Below are positions 51,320-63,116 of a stretch of 64,000 nt of DNA, one piece after another. Every line of letters begins with the position of its first letter. Position 1 is the stretch's first letter. Below the pieces are notes generated by a model. It was not told where the DNA came from. It saw only the letters and a list, made by a program, of their open reading frames with translations, and did no database searches. Both the position numbers and the translations under genes were made by a program. Location of the stretch: assembly GCA_964252035.1 (NCBI GenBank), contig OZ176200.1. The stretch is one strand, 5' to 3'. The stretch comes from Podarcis erhardii. Its lineage: Eukaryota.

Positions 51320-51530
51320 TGGGAGGAATCACAGAACGATGGTAGAGCACATGCTTTACATCCAAAAGGTCCTGGGTTCAGTTTGCAGTTGAAATGAGAT
51401 CAGACAGCAAGGCTGGAAAAGCCCCTTGTCTGATGGCCCTGAAGAGTTACTGCCCTACAGAGCATCTAAGACTAGGGTAGATGTAGCAGGGACCCGATCA
51501 AGAAAAAGCAACATTTTATGCTCAGGTTTC
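51320..51530 (+). mobile_element. Decayed tRNA-derived SINE
   Basis: atggtagagcacatgctttacatccaaaaggtcctgggttcag head, ccctgaagagttactgcc body. Confidence 0.6.
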
Positions 51531-52759
51531 AGGTATTATGTTTTCTAGTACTGTATTGTTTCTTTTAGAGATGATATGGGTCTTTAATCCAGACTCACAT
51601 CAGGGCCTATGGAAGTAAAAAATTCCTTAATACCTGGTGGTTGTAAGACCTGGTCCAAACAGGCAGCTTGCCTCTGTGGGTTGCTGATTGGTACATAACC
51701 ACATTAAAGACAACTTCATTTGGCAAGCTGTTTGTGTCTGCAACCATCTTAACCACACTAACCAAACCCTTGGTTACGGTGGCATACCTGAAATCACCAG
51801 AGCAGTGTCAGAAGCCGCTTCGCATAAACAGCTTAGCCCACAAAGCTGACCTCATACAGGTGTAATAGAAGCAGCTATGCATCTGCCTGCCTGGCTGCAG
51901 GTATAATTTAGGCTTCAGGAAGTTAATAAAGAAGGAACTATCAGTCTTGATTGAGGGGTGGATTTGTGTTTCCTCAAATGAAATGAAAATGTTGCATTTC
52001 TCCATTGGGAACCATAGAGGCCTGTCTCAGAAACATTTTGAGCCCTGATTTCAAAAGGCAACAACATAGCTAAAAGAACCCTGTAAAAAAAGCTACACAT
52101 CCCATTAAATCTTGCTGTTATTTGGTACTATGGCTGACATCCCATGATCTCCAAAGGAGAAAAGTGCTAATGATTTTGAATACTGGAAAAAAATACATCA
52201 AGTTCTTGGAACTATGCAATACATTCACAGATCTTTCTACTTCTTGGAACCCTAACCTCTCCAGCACTATTAGTATCCTACAGTGTGCCTAAAATGACAT
52301 CATCCTATGAGATGGAAAATGAATATTAATATTCGAGTTTTGAACTATACCAGTTCCTTTTACACGTACATCCACATGCTAGAGGTTAAGGTGGTCAACA
52401 AACATACAATTGCTGAGCAACTAGAGTTGCACATAAAGCCTTTATTATTATTATTATTATTATTTGAAAACAAACAGGTCAGATTACAAAAGAAAAGGTT
52501 GCACACGTATTGCCAGGGTCGTAATAAAATGCATTCAGGAAGCTTATACCATGATGTTGTGAAGTCATAAAATAATCAGATATGCCTGGAGTCTTGGAAA
52601 GAGCCCATGAATTGCTTTAGGATTGGCAGCATTCATGTGTTGGTGACTTATTACTCTCCCTGTACATGGAGCGGGGCTTCTTTAACGAAGGGCAAATAAA
52701 ACAGAAAATAAAAGTAAGAGAAGAAGAGTAGAGTTCTGGAGTTAAAATACTTTACTCAC

Positions 52760-52960
52760 TGGCTCTAGTTTCTCTCTTTTCATCAAGAGTAGCATGCTGA
52801 AGTTCTGCCTGGCTTGTACCACTATGCTTTCCCACTTCTGCTGCCTTTCTGCTATGGGGACAGGAGACTCTGTAACTCAAATTGCTGCCTCCTTCAATAC
52901 TTCAGAGGGAAGTCTTTCTCCCTGCCCAGTCAGAGAAAGCATGGGTGTGTCATTTGAAGC
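52760..52960 (-). other. Candidate MYLK first exon (5' limit unknown)
   Basis: Donor GCCA|gtgagt at 52759. The upstream sequence is purine-rich with no clear acceptor. Weak TATA-like TATATA near 52973-52978 and a GGAA (ETS-like) core near 52962. Confidence 0.25.
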
Positions 52961-53710
52961 AGGAAGCACACATATATACATACACTTTTCCTTCTGGGGC
53001 TGGCTAACCAAGCTTCCTTTGAGGGTGGACATGCAATGAGTCCTCTATTTGAAGGGCTGGCCAATCCGAGATAGGGCAGGGATATTGAAGTTGCCGATCG
53101 ACAGGTGGCTCTGGATAGCAGACTGAGCAAGGATTTCACAGTATTTCCCATTATGGTGAGATGTATTTCTATAGTTGTCATTGCTAAATTTGCATCTATG
53201 CATGTAAATTAACATAAGCAAATTTTATGCATTTGCATTTTTTATGTATTGGGTGTTTTTTTGTTTTTGTTTTTTGTAGAACACAAGTGGCTACCCAACT
53301 GCCCTCTTCACATCTTCCTAGAGTTGTTTTTTACTAGCTCCCTATCCTCCCACCCAGCAATTATCAAGAGCGCAAGAGACTGGCCAAGTCAGTGCAAGTC
53401 AGCATTATTCTGTTGGTGGCAGATGGGTATAGCTGATAGAGCAGTTTCTTCTCCCTGCCTTAGCTAGCATAGAACTGGGCAACCTGCCAACAGCATGGGA
53501 CCCAGTGGAAAATTATTTGCTTAAAATCTTCAAAACTGATTTTTCTCCTCCAATATTTTAAGGACTGCGTGGTACTATAATCCCAGCCACAAGAAAGCCA
53601 ATAGGAGCACCTGTAATTGCTTGAGAAATACAGCTGGTTGCCAACATTGTAGATTACTTTTCCAGCAAAGGGTGTCTGGCAAATCACTCCCTCCATCAAA
53701 TCATACTGAA

Positions 53711-53756
53711 GGCGGCGGCTGCTGCTACTGCAGCAGCAGCAGCAGGAGGAGGAGGA
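53711..53756 (+). repeat. Compound trinucleotide tract (GGC/GCT/CAG/GGA)
   Basis: ggcggcggctgctgctactgcagcagcagcagcaggaggaggagga. Confidence 0.9.
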
Positions 53757-54415
53757 AGACCGTAACCACCATAATCTGAGATAGGCACCTACAGTAGGCT
53801 ATGTTGCTGAGAAATTTACGTGCATGCACCTTCCTTAAATCTGATTTGTACTTTATGTGTACTTTAACAGACAGCATGAAACACTATTCTGGAAAAGCTG
53901 TGGTTGTATTTCTATTACCTTAAAGCCTTATTTTTTAAAAAAACAAACAAACCCACAATTAGAGAGTCCTGATCTAGACTGCGGAGGGGAGAGGAGTTAA
54001 TCCTTACATACAAACACACAGAGAAAGTCATGCCATTTCCTCCATAAAATTCGTTCCCCTGAAATGGCAATTTGCCCCAAAATGGAAACTACTATTTTCA
54101 CCCAAACAGTTTTCCTGTGGCTTAAGGTAGAATTTTCCATGGGGGAATTGGCAAATCCATATCTTAACTGCTTCATATGTAAACAAGGAATGCCTTCAGC
54201 GAAGTGATAGATATTCAGAGAAGTTTCAGAATACAGTACTCATAAGCTTTAATGAATCTGATCTACTTTCTGAGGCAAAGCAAGGCTCGTTACCAGTATA
54301 TATAGTGGAATAAGTATATGTACTTGAGTTTGAGTTTCTTTTGCATATTCATTTAGGTACTTTCCTTATAGTAGGTTTGTTTTTTGCATTATTATTAAAT
54401 GAGCCTTCAGGTTTA

Positions 54416-54519
54416 CATAGAATCATAGAACTGTAGCGTTGGAAGGGACCCTACAACTGTCCCTGGGTGGCCTCGAACCACCTACCTTCGGCTTAACAAC
54501 TAGACGCATTGACCCACGG
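54416..54519 (-). mobile_element. tRNA-Asn(GTT)-derived SINE with short CR1-type tail
   Basis: Minus strand ttGTTaagccgaaggtaggtggttcgaggccacccagggac matches the 3' half of vertebrate tRNA-Asn, joined to ggtcccttccaacgctacagttctatgattctatg. Confidence 0.8.
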
Positions 54520-57255
54520 TTTTTATAGAACTTGTCTCTTTAATGCTATGTAAACTCTGGTTTCCTTAAATAAATAAATAAAATAGGACTGGTAAACAAA
54601 CTAGGCGTGTTATTCCTGCATAACACCCCAATCCTATCCATGTCAATTCAGTTCCACTGAATTCAGTGGGTTTACTCCCTGGTAAGTGCACAAGGACTGC
54701 AGTCCAAACCTTTATTTGCATTACCTTTCTTCATGTGAAAATCACTTTAGAGGCCATCTTGATAAATTACAAAAATGGGCCATGGGTTGGCACAGAAAAG
54801 GGACACTTGCTTTCATAATGTGTGTATGTCTAGTAAATACAAAAAGACAGCTGAAATAGGGACAGAAAATAACACTGATAACACCAAATGTGTGAGATTC
54901 TTAGGGGTTGAAACTAGCTTTTGTTTGAGTGTCACTATACTAAATTTGAGATCTGTGTGTGATCCCTAAGTTTTTTTTCAGTTCTGACTGAGATGCCAAT
55001 CCTATACACACTTACCTGGGAATAAGTCTTAATTTTGTAACAAGAACAAGAGAAAATCAACTGTATGTTTCACTGAATGTTTATTTCTGTATTGTAATAA
55101 AATGGCCTCATGAAGTACCACTTGCCTGGAAACTCTGGAATAGACCGGTTCTTTAACAGATGGCTGAATCATATTCTTTAACTCCCTTGACAGGTAGTAA
55201 TCTTACTTGACCCTTAATGTGCACTCAGAATCCTCTTTAATTTTTAATTATCATCTACCTTGACCCTATGACTATAGTATTTCTTAGACATAAGTATAAT
55301 AGTGGATTGTCACCATATCTCAACAGGATGGGTAAAATTGGCATAAACTGGATTTTCCCAAGGCAAAAACCACTGAGTTCTACATTCTTTTTGTACTGTT
55401 GTTGTTGTTTTTTTAAAAAATGGATAGTAAGATTAATCCAAATTTTGTATGGGATTTGTGGCAGCACACACAAATAACACCACTTGGGTCTTATATAAGC
55501 CAAGCTCACATATGAAATAAATAACAAGGGTCATAAGCGTTCATATGTACAATTATTACAAAGTTTTTACAAAAAAGCATTGGTATATCAACAATGATTC
55601 TACTTCCTGTCAAGAAGTTGATGGAACAAAAAAAAAACACATAGTTGGGAAGGGGCCATAGCTCATACTTAGCAGATTCAATTCTTGGCATTTGGTAACT
55701 GTAGGAAAGATCTCTGCCCAAAACCTACTGAGTCATCAAGGAAGCAACACTTTATTTGAAACCTATGCCTAATTTTTGTTCTCCAATGATTTCTGTTTTG
55801 TTCTAATATTTTTTCTCTGCCTTGTTACCTTTAAAACTCAACAAAGATTATTCCAAAAGAAAAAAAGAAACCAAAGCTTGTAAGAATCCATCCACAGGTT
55901 CCATTTCTTACTAGGACACACACAAAAACAGATTGCAGGGGAGTTCAGAATCAGCCCACCTAACTAATGTCCCAGGGGTCATTCATATTCTGAGGAGAAA
56001 AATTCTAATAGCCCAGCCAAACATGTATGAAGATATTTTAAGAACTCAGCAAACAATGTGCATCTTCGTAATTCCTGGTGTTTAACAATCGTAACTTTAA
56101 GAGAAACATCAGATCAAGCCCACAATGGGGGTATTCTAGGAAGTGGAGCATGAAATGTCCTGTTTTAAGAGCCATAAGTGTTGGCTGCTTGCACTAGTGC
56201 AAAAGTTCTCAAACATTCCAAGGAGGCCTTTCCACACTAACTTGTCATGTGAGAAGCCCCTGGCTGTCAGTTATACAACTAACCTCAATGAAGGCTGCCT
56301 GTCTCAAGCCATTCAAAGGCAGGTGTATTTCTGCCTTGTAGAGAAGCTTCTGACATGTACATCACACCCACCAAGGGTGGCCAGTACTGCTTATGGTGCT
56401 AAGAAACCTCTCTGAGGGAAGTTTAGAGATCTGAAGCAATTCAACTTGCTGAGGCAATATTTTCTCTTGAACTCCAGAGCTATAAAACTTGCAGAACACC
56501 AAGATACACAAAGCATCTGCAGACCCCACACAAGCCACACCACAGTCATGTTGTTTCAGACCTAGATCTTCAGTTCACATCCACTGGAGATGTCAGAGGT
56601 CACAACATGAAAAAGACCAACCAACCTCCTTTGAAAGCCACAATCCAGACAAAAGGAAGCTTATATTTTGGAATGGAACAATATGAACAGAGTCAAAATT
56701 ATCTTTATTCTGATCAGGATCTTTAGACACAGTAACATCAAACAGTATGTAAAACCCTTTGATGGAAATTTAATTCTTTTAAAATATGCACAAGGTAATT
56801 GAGAACACATTTTAGAATACTTGGGTTGTAAAAGCAGTAGACCTGTAAAAGCTGCACAGCACAAACAACACTGAAACCTTTTCCTTCTGCCTGAAAATGA
56901 TCTCGTGGACATTCACCACCACGATGCATAAATCTTACCTTGAAACCAATTCTTCAAAATGCCCCTACCCCTAACCATTGAGGTGTATAGGGAAAGACCT
57001 GCCCCTAGTGCTTAAGCTTTAAAATTAGACCTTTTATCATGAAACCACAACTGTGAAATTCCCTTCTCAAGGAAGCCTGCCAGGACTTTGGCAGAAGACA
57101 GGTGAGAGCTTTCCTTCTTAGGCAGGCATTCAAACATATTTAATTTTCTGGATAAATTGTTGGATATGACTACTGCTACATACTTTTCCTGGTTTTGCTG
57201 TATAACGGCTAGAATGCAAAGCCCACACACAACTTTCCACATGCACTGTTGTGCA

Positions 57256-57420
57256 CAGGGCTGTCTTAAGCATATGCGGCGCCAGGGTACAAAGATCCGC
57301 CCAGTGCCCCCCCCCCAGGTTGCCCAGAGTTGTTGACATTTTTTCGGGGGGACCCCAAAGTTGTTGATCTTTTTTTTTAGGAGAGGTTCCCCAGAGTTGT
57401 CAACCTTTTTTAGGGAGCTG
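57256..57420 (+). repeat. DNA-transposon-like end followed by three degenerate 31-36 bp tandem units
   Basis: cagggctgtcttaagc...ggcgccaggg, then cca(g/a)agttgt units at 57324, 57355 and 57391. Confidence 0.55.
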
Positions 57421-58587
57421 ACACCACACTTGTCTCTACTCCAGAAAAGAAAACAGAAACATGTGTCTGGGGGCTGCAAAGAGGAAGGAAATGGGCCGTG
57501 GGAGACTGTATATTAATACCCCACCTTTTCCCCTTACAGGACTCAAGGCAGATTACAGACCCCACTAGGATCCCACCCCACAGGGTCCTTCAGCTCCAAC
57601 TCTTCAAGTTCCGCTCATTTGTCCTCAGGATCCAACCATCCCATTTATGACACTTCTACAGGACTCGTGACAATACTGGAGCTAAGCAGTTCAATTATAG
57701 CTAGTTCTTAAAAACACAGAGAGAGACAGAGAGAAATTGGTTGTCTTCTCAGAATCCCTAACGATGATAAAACTGATACCTTGGAAGAGGCCTAGAAAGA
57801 AATGTAGAGTCAGACTTTGTGCATGCCCATTTTGGCATTAGGAAAGTGGTGTATCCGTCCATTTGTTCCTCACTTCCTGAGCCTTGAGTAGAGGAAAAAC
57901 AATGTTGGAACTGGCCCAGACCATTCAAACTATTACAGTGCACGGTCACTTAACTGAGTTCAAGCCTAACACAATTACCAACCAGTTGTCCTGCAAAATA
58001 TACATATATTATAAAATAGTGGAGTCTTCTGAAGAAATGCAGAGCAATTTAGGGTTATTACAAATAATCTCAAGCCATTACTTGTCTGTAATTAGAATGA
58101 TTGAGGTCTGAAGCTAGCTGCTTGGTTTGAAGGAATGAAAACTCCTAGGCTGCAGCAATCCTTCAAGATAGTAATTTAGAGGGCTGTAATAGCATGAAAC
58201 AGGACCCCTGACAGATTCCTTCAATTACTGTAATTCCAGACACATCAAAAGGGTAGCTCACTTAAGATTTTTACAGAGGATTAAAACAAATAAATAAGCA
58301 TAACCAGTACCTTCAATTTAATCGAAAAGCATTTTACTGCTGGCACTATTTAACTAGCAAAAAAAAATAAACAAATCCTCTCTCAATCAAAATACAGTGC
58401 CACCTCAAGAATATCATCACAAATAATCAGATGTCAGGCACATTTAAGCCCACAAAAATCAATGTTTGTGTGTCCATTAGTTATAGCATGTGACACGGGA
58501 CATCAGTGTGTCTTTTAGTTATAGCATGTGACATGAGATATCCTATAGGCACCACCTGCATATTATTATTCTGCTTCTATTATCTGG

Positions 58588-58725
58588 ATTAGGAGCAGGA
58601 AATCTGTGGTCCTCCAGATGCTGTTGGAATCCAACTCCCAACAGCGCCACCTAGTATGAGCGATTGTCAGAGGTGGTGGAAATGGTTGTCCAACAACATC
58701 TGGATGTCCACAGATCCCCTGATCT
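58588..58725. mobile_element. Older hAT-type palindromic MITE
   Basis: caggaaatctgtggtcctccagatgctgttgga...tccaacaacatctggatgtccacagatcccctg. Confidence 0.7.
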
Positions 58726-60984
58726 GGATAATCCAAGATTAAGAGGTAGCACATAGATAAAAATGGGCATAAATATTTGTTCTAATCCACATACACTGCT
58801 ACTTATGTGAGTGCTGCAATGCCAAAGAAGCTCTTCCTCTGTGAACAGGGAATGTGCAAGATGCAACATGTCAGCATCAGATGACCTGCTCGGTTTTCCT
58901 CTGCCAGATGAAGTAAGGTGTGTGGTTACATGACGCAGGTCCTTCGTAGTAGTGGCACTCAGGCTTTGCTTACTGCTTAGGTTCAGAAGGGTAGTGAAGA
59001 CACTTTTTTCGGAGAGCTCTTGGTATAGTGATAATTGAGTATTGTTCTAGATGTTTTCTGACTATTTGGATTGTGTTGCTTTGGTTTTCTTTTGCAACTG
59101 CACCAATTTTTTGTTGTGCTTTCAGTATTATTTTGTTTACACTTCACTTTCCTGTTGTCTAACAGGCAACAAGGCAGGACATAAATGTATGCATACTTTA
59201 TATCGGTGATTCCCAATCTGTAGATCGTGATCAGGAAGTGAGTTGCTAAGACTGTTCAAGTGGGTTGTGGGTTTTATTAGTAAACACAAAATAATTATTG
59301 CTTTTAATCTTTAACAAGTATGATGAACACGTCTTACACCTGAAGTGTTCTTTTTATCTCAGGAGAAGATTTTCATGCGCCCCCTGCTTCAAGCTGTCCT
59401 GCCATTTACCTACATTCTAATATTCTACCAGAAAACTTTTGGGAGGTCTAGACTTTTGATTAGCTTCCCATCACCCTGAAGAACCAGGCTGAATGGCTGA
59501 AAAGAATGATCCTTTTTAGCTTCAGTCATTGAAGAACTAATCTAGCAGTGGCAGCGGCAGCTACCCTCTGAGTGAATGAAGAAAGCGAGGATGAGAACAT
59601 TTGCTTGACCTCTCAGCCTTTCCACTGTGGTTCATATCTCTAGTGTTTTGCTAACAGAAGAAAACTTCTCCAGTGCACTGATGAGGCTCAGAGACTAAAC
59701 ATAACATCTTCTGGTGTGGCTTCACTTCAAATGAAAAAATATATTCATTCTCTCTTCCTGCCGTCTGCCTGTGGTGCCAGTGCCAAATCTGGGCAAAAAG
59801 ACAAAACTTAAGTATACAAAAGAATGCATTAGACAAAGCGTCCAGGAGTTTGAAAGTATAAAGTGGACCAGTGGGAGATGTATGACTAACTCAAGTAGAA
59901 ACATTTAATCAAAGTTCTATGCAACTAGCCCCACTCCCCATCCCACCCCACCCCCCAGTGGGGTGATTGCCCTCCCTGAACTAATACCGTGGGCTATGCT
60001 CTATCCAGTACACATGCAAATTATTCATTCGTGAACATTTAGGGTCAAACTCATCTTAAGCCACATTCATTCCCCAGACATTCACTTCTGCTGTGTGCAT
60101 TAATCTGCTCCAAGTCTATTTTCTTCTTAAGTGTTTATGTTTAAACAGTTTTATTGGGGAGCTGTTGTTTTGCAACAAAGCAATCTAACTCTGTTTCCTG
60201 ATACTGACAGATCTTATCCTCTGAGCATCCATCCATAGGCAGAGCGCACAGGCACAGATGTGAAGAGAATGCAGCCACTAGCCTATAATCTGACAGGAAG
60301 CAGCTAACACCTTCTCACATCCCAAAACCTTTATGGTACCACCTATGTGTTTTTCCTCTGCATAGTGAATCCCTGCAACTTCATAATAGAAGCACTTAGG
60401 ACTCTTGAACGCAGCATGAGAAGGGCAGTGCAGGGGAACAGATGTGGGCACTCACTGTTTCTACTCCCAGAATTGCAACTCTCCCTGACCCCCCCCCCAT
60501 TGTCTTTTAGATGTTTGTGGGTGGAAACCACATTCCCAGACTTAGGTCTCTGCCAAATGTCTAGGTTGCCCCCATATGATTTTGTAAAACAGCTAGGGCA
60601 TTGCTTCTCTAAACTTTATGAAATAAAGTGCCCTAATAAACTTACAAGAGTGCCTATGCTTCTTCCAGTCTAAACATCTCAACGAGAGAATATACCCACA
60701 TGGATCCTCCACTCCTTCAGCCATTTCTTCCTTTATACAGTCAGTTTCTACACTGACCAATGTGGTGTGGAGAAAGTGAATAGACAGAACTCCTTGGTTA
60801 TTTTGGATTGGAAGATGCAACATTTAAATAAATAAATAAACACATTCTCCCTCCCCCATAATACTTGAATTCAGGGGCACCCAAGGAAATAGATAGACAA
60901 CATATTCAAGAACGATACCCCCCCCATATATATATATATATTTCCATCAATGCACAATTAAAGTATGGAAGTCGCTGCCATATA

Positions 60985-61200
60985 TGTGGTGGTGACCACA
61001 GCCTTAGAATGATTTCAGCAATTCCATGGAAAATTGAATTATTAGCATTTACTGGCTGTAATACCTAAATGCAATCTCCATGATCAGAAGCAGGAAGGGC
61101 AAAGGCCTTCATGCCATGATTATGGGCTTCCCATAATCGTCTTGCTGGCTATTTTGTAGAACAGAAAACAGTATACTAGATAAGGGTTGGGGTGCTAGAT
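60985..61200 (+). mobile_element. CR1 3' region, decayed
   Basis: gtggtggtgaccacagccttag...ggccttcatgccatgattatgggcttcccat...tactagat resembles squamate CR1 3' ends. Confidence 0.5.
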
Positions 61201-62330
61201 GTTGTTGAGTTCTATTCTCATGAAGGCAGGGTTGATGGGAGCCAGAGTCCAACAGTGTCTGGAGGGCCACCATTTACCCATCCCTGAACTAGATAGATCT
61301 TTGTTCTGATCCAGTTGGCCCTTCCTATCCCCCATTCCTGTTTTGGCTAATACACTGAATGGCTTACAACTCATGCCTCCCTCTTCCTGCACCACAACAG
61401 CAACCTGGGTAACTGATTGGCAGCAATCTGCTTCAGAACCCAACTCCCCTGTTTCAGTGATGATGTGACCCACATTGCAAAATCCTGAGATTTCCTTTTG
61501 TTTAGGCTATAAGCAAGGTTGTTGATGGTTTACAAAATGTTTGGGCAATGAATCACCTAACGTATATATAAAAATATATTTGTGCACATTACCAAAGCAC
61601 CAGTGTAGCTACCTTCTGAAGTAACTATAAGGTAATTTAAGAAACAGAATCGAGGAGTTATTGCCTTTGGCGCAGAAGCTAAATTTAGTCCAGAACCCCA
61701 TAAATCAAATGCAACATTTAGAGCAGTGGCTATTGTGGAAGAGGGGATTTCGGGAGGTACGACAGCCTTATTTGGTATTTGGGTGTTATTCCCTCACACA
61801 ATTAATGTAACGAGAGGAAAAGCATAGTCTTGCTTGTATGAGGGCAAGCTACACATTGGGGAACTTTGGCAATGGGGAAGCCTGATCAAGGCATTATTGG
61901 AAGGGCCCAAATAGTGTATCACGGAGAAGTGAGTAAAGCTGAAACCTCTGTGATTGGCACAAGCCCATAAGCAAGCCACTTTCCTATTGACTACAACAAC
62001 AGAAATGGGAGCCTAAGTTGATTTGCCAGTGAGGAAGGAGCTGCCGCCGCATGGGAAGCTAGCCACAGCTCTCCAGAAGAGTGGATGTTAACAAATTATT
62101 GCACTTCTGCTGCTTGTAACTGATTATTTTATTTTATTTTACATTCAGTAGTGTTGGGTTTTGTTAACGACCACTTTGTAATATTAGGAACAAGTTTAAG
62201 CAACCAAACAAACCAGACAAGTTTAAGCAACCAAGTATTTCAAAGGTTTCCTAAACTGATTTTGATTTTTTAACAAAATAAGTTTCCTAGTTTGAGCATT
62301 TTGCAAGGGAGGGAGAGAAGGAGAAGATAA

Positions 62331-62530
62331 ATCACCTGTGCTCTGCAGGTTGAGGGCCTCCTGCAGATACCACCTTAATCAGGAGTCAATTCTACACCAT
62401 GTAGGAATCGGGCCTTTAGTGTTGTTGCACCTGCCATTTGGAGTTCCCTCTTCTTGAATATCAGAAAAGCACCATCTCTATTATGTCTTTGGCACCGACT
62501 GAAGACCTTCCTCTTTCAACAAACCTTTTA
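62331..62530 (+). mobile_element. L2 ORF2 C-terminus
   Basis: RNRAFSVVAPAIWSSLFLNIRKAPSLLCLWHRLKTFLFQQTF*. Confidence 0.85.
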
Positions 62531-62565
62531 AGGAAGTATCTTGCCCAGTCTGGAACTGCTTAAGG

Positions 62566-62640
62566 CAGTGGTTTTCAACCAGTGTGCCATGGAACCCTGG
62601 GGTGCCTTGAATGATGGTCAGGGGTGCCACAGGCAACACA
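62566..62640 (+). mobile_element. hAT (Charlie-like) terminus
   Basis: CAGTGGTTTTCAACC...gtgccatggaaccctggggtgcc. Partner end not identified. Confidence 0.55.
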
Positions 62641-63011
62641 AGCCTCTGTCCATCTTTTCTTCCCTCCCTTCTCTGATGCCTTCTTGCATCTCTGCCTCCC
62701 AAAGGCTTGCACAGCTGTTTGTTGCAGCAGCCCTGGCTACAAGCTCCCCAGGCAAATGGTGCCTCTGGGGCTGGCCAGTGGGTGCTTTCCAGGCCCCTGT
62801 GGGCAGAGGGAGGAAGCACCTCTCTTTGGGGCGGGGGGGGGGCATCAGCTCAGAGACCAGGAGTGGCAGTGCTGCTGCCCAGAGTACTTCCAAGGAGAGG
62901 GGAGAAGAGAGAAGACTGAGGGAACACTCCACAAGGGCCCATCCACACTTTCTTTCATTCTGTGATTTCAAGTCAAGGGTTCAAGAGGGGGCTTTTTGAC
63001 CCACCAGTTTC

Positions 63012-63116
63012 CCTGGAAAACTTGCTGTTTACTGAAGAATCAGAACAAATCTAAACTGTGTTTTTTGTGGATTGATGTTTGTTCCAATTGAGCAGTAAAC
63101 AGCAGGTTTTCCCAGG
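63012..63116. repeat. Hairpin repeat, copy 3
   Basis: CCTGGAAAACTTGCTGTTTACTG pairs with CAGTAAACAGCAGGTTTTCCCAGG. Loop tggattgatgtttgttccaatt is shared with copies 1 and 2. Confidence 0.7.

Noticed and set aside
54459-54519. Functional tRNA-Asn gene
   Set aside because: The D-arm and 5' half are degraded, there is an insertion near the anticodon stem, and it is joined to a CR1 tail.
49961-56939. Strong minus-strand donors at 49960 (TAG|gtgagt) and 56938 (AAG|gtaaga)
   Set aside because: No convincing pyrimidine-tract acceptor nearby. Isolated donors are common by chance.
159-62999. Most 60-155 aa ORFs in the supplied track
   Set aside because: No recognisable domains. Lengths fit chance in intronic DNA, or they overlap exon antisense strands, repeats or microsatellites (poly-Y, SFFL runs).
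62541-62999. 152-aa plus-strand ORF
   Set aside because: It begins in L2/hAT remnants, has no domain motif, and overlapping ORFs in several frames reflect locally high GC.
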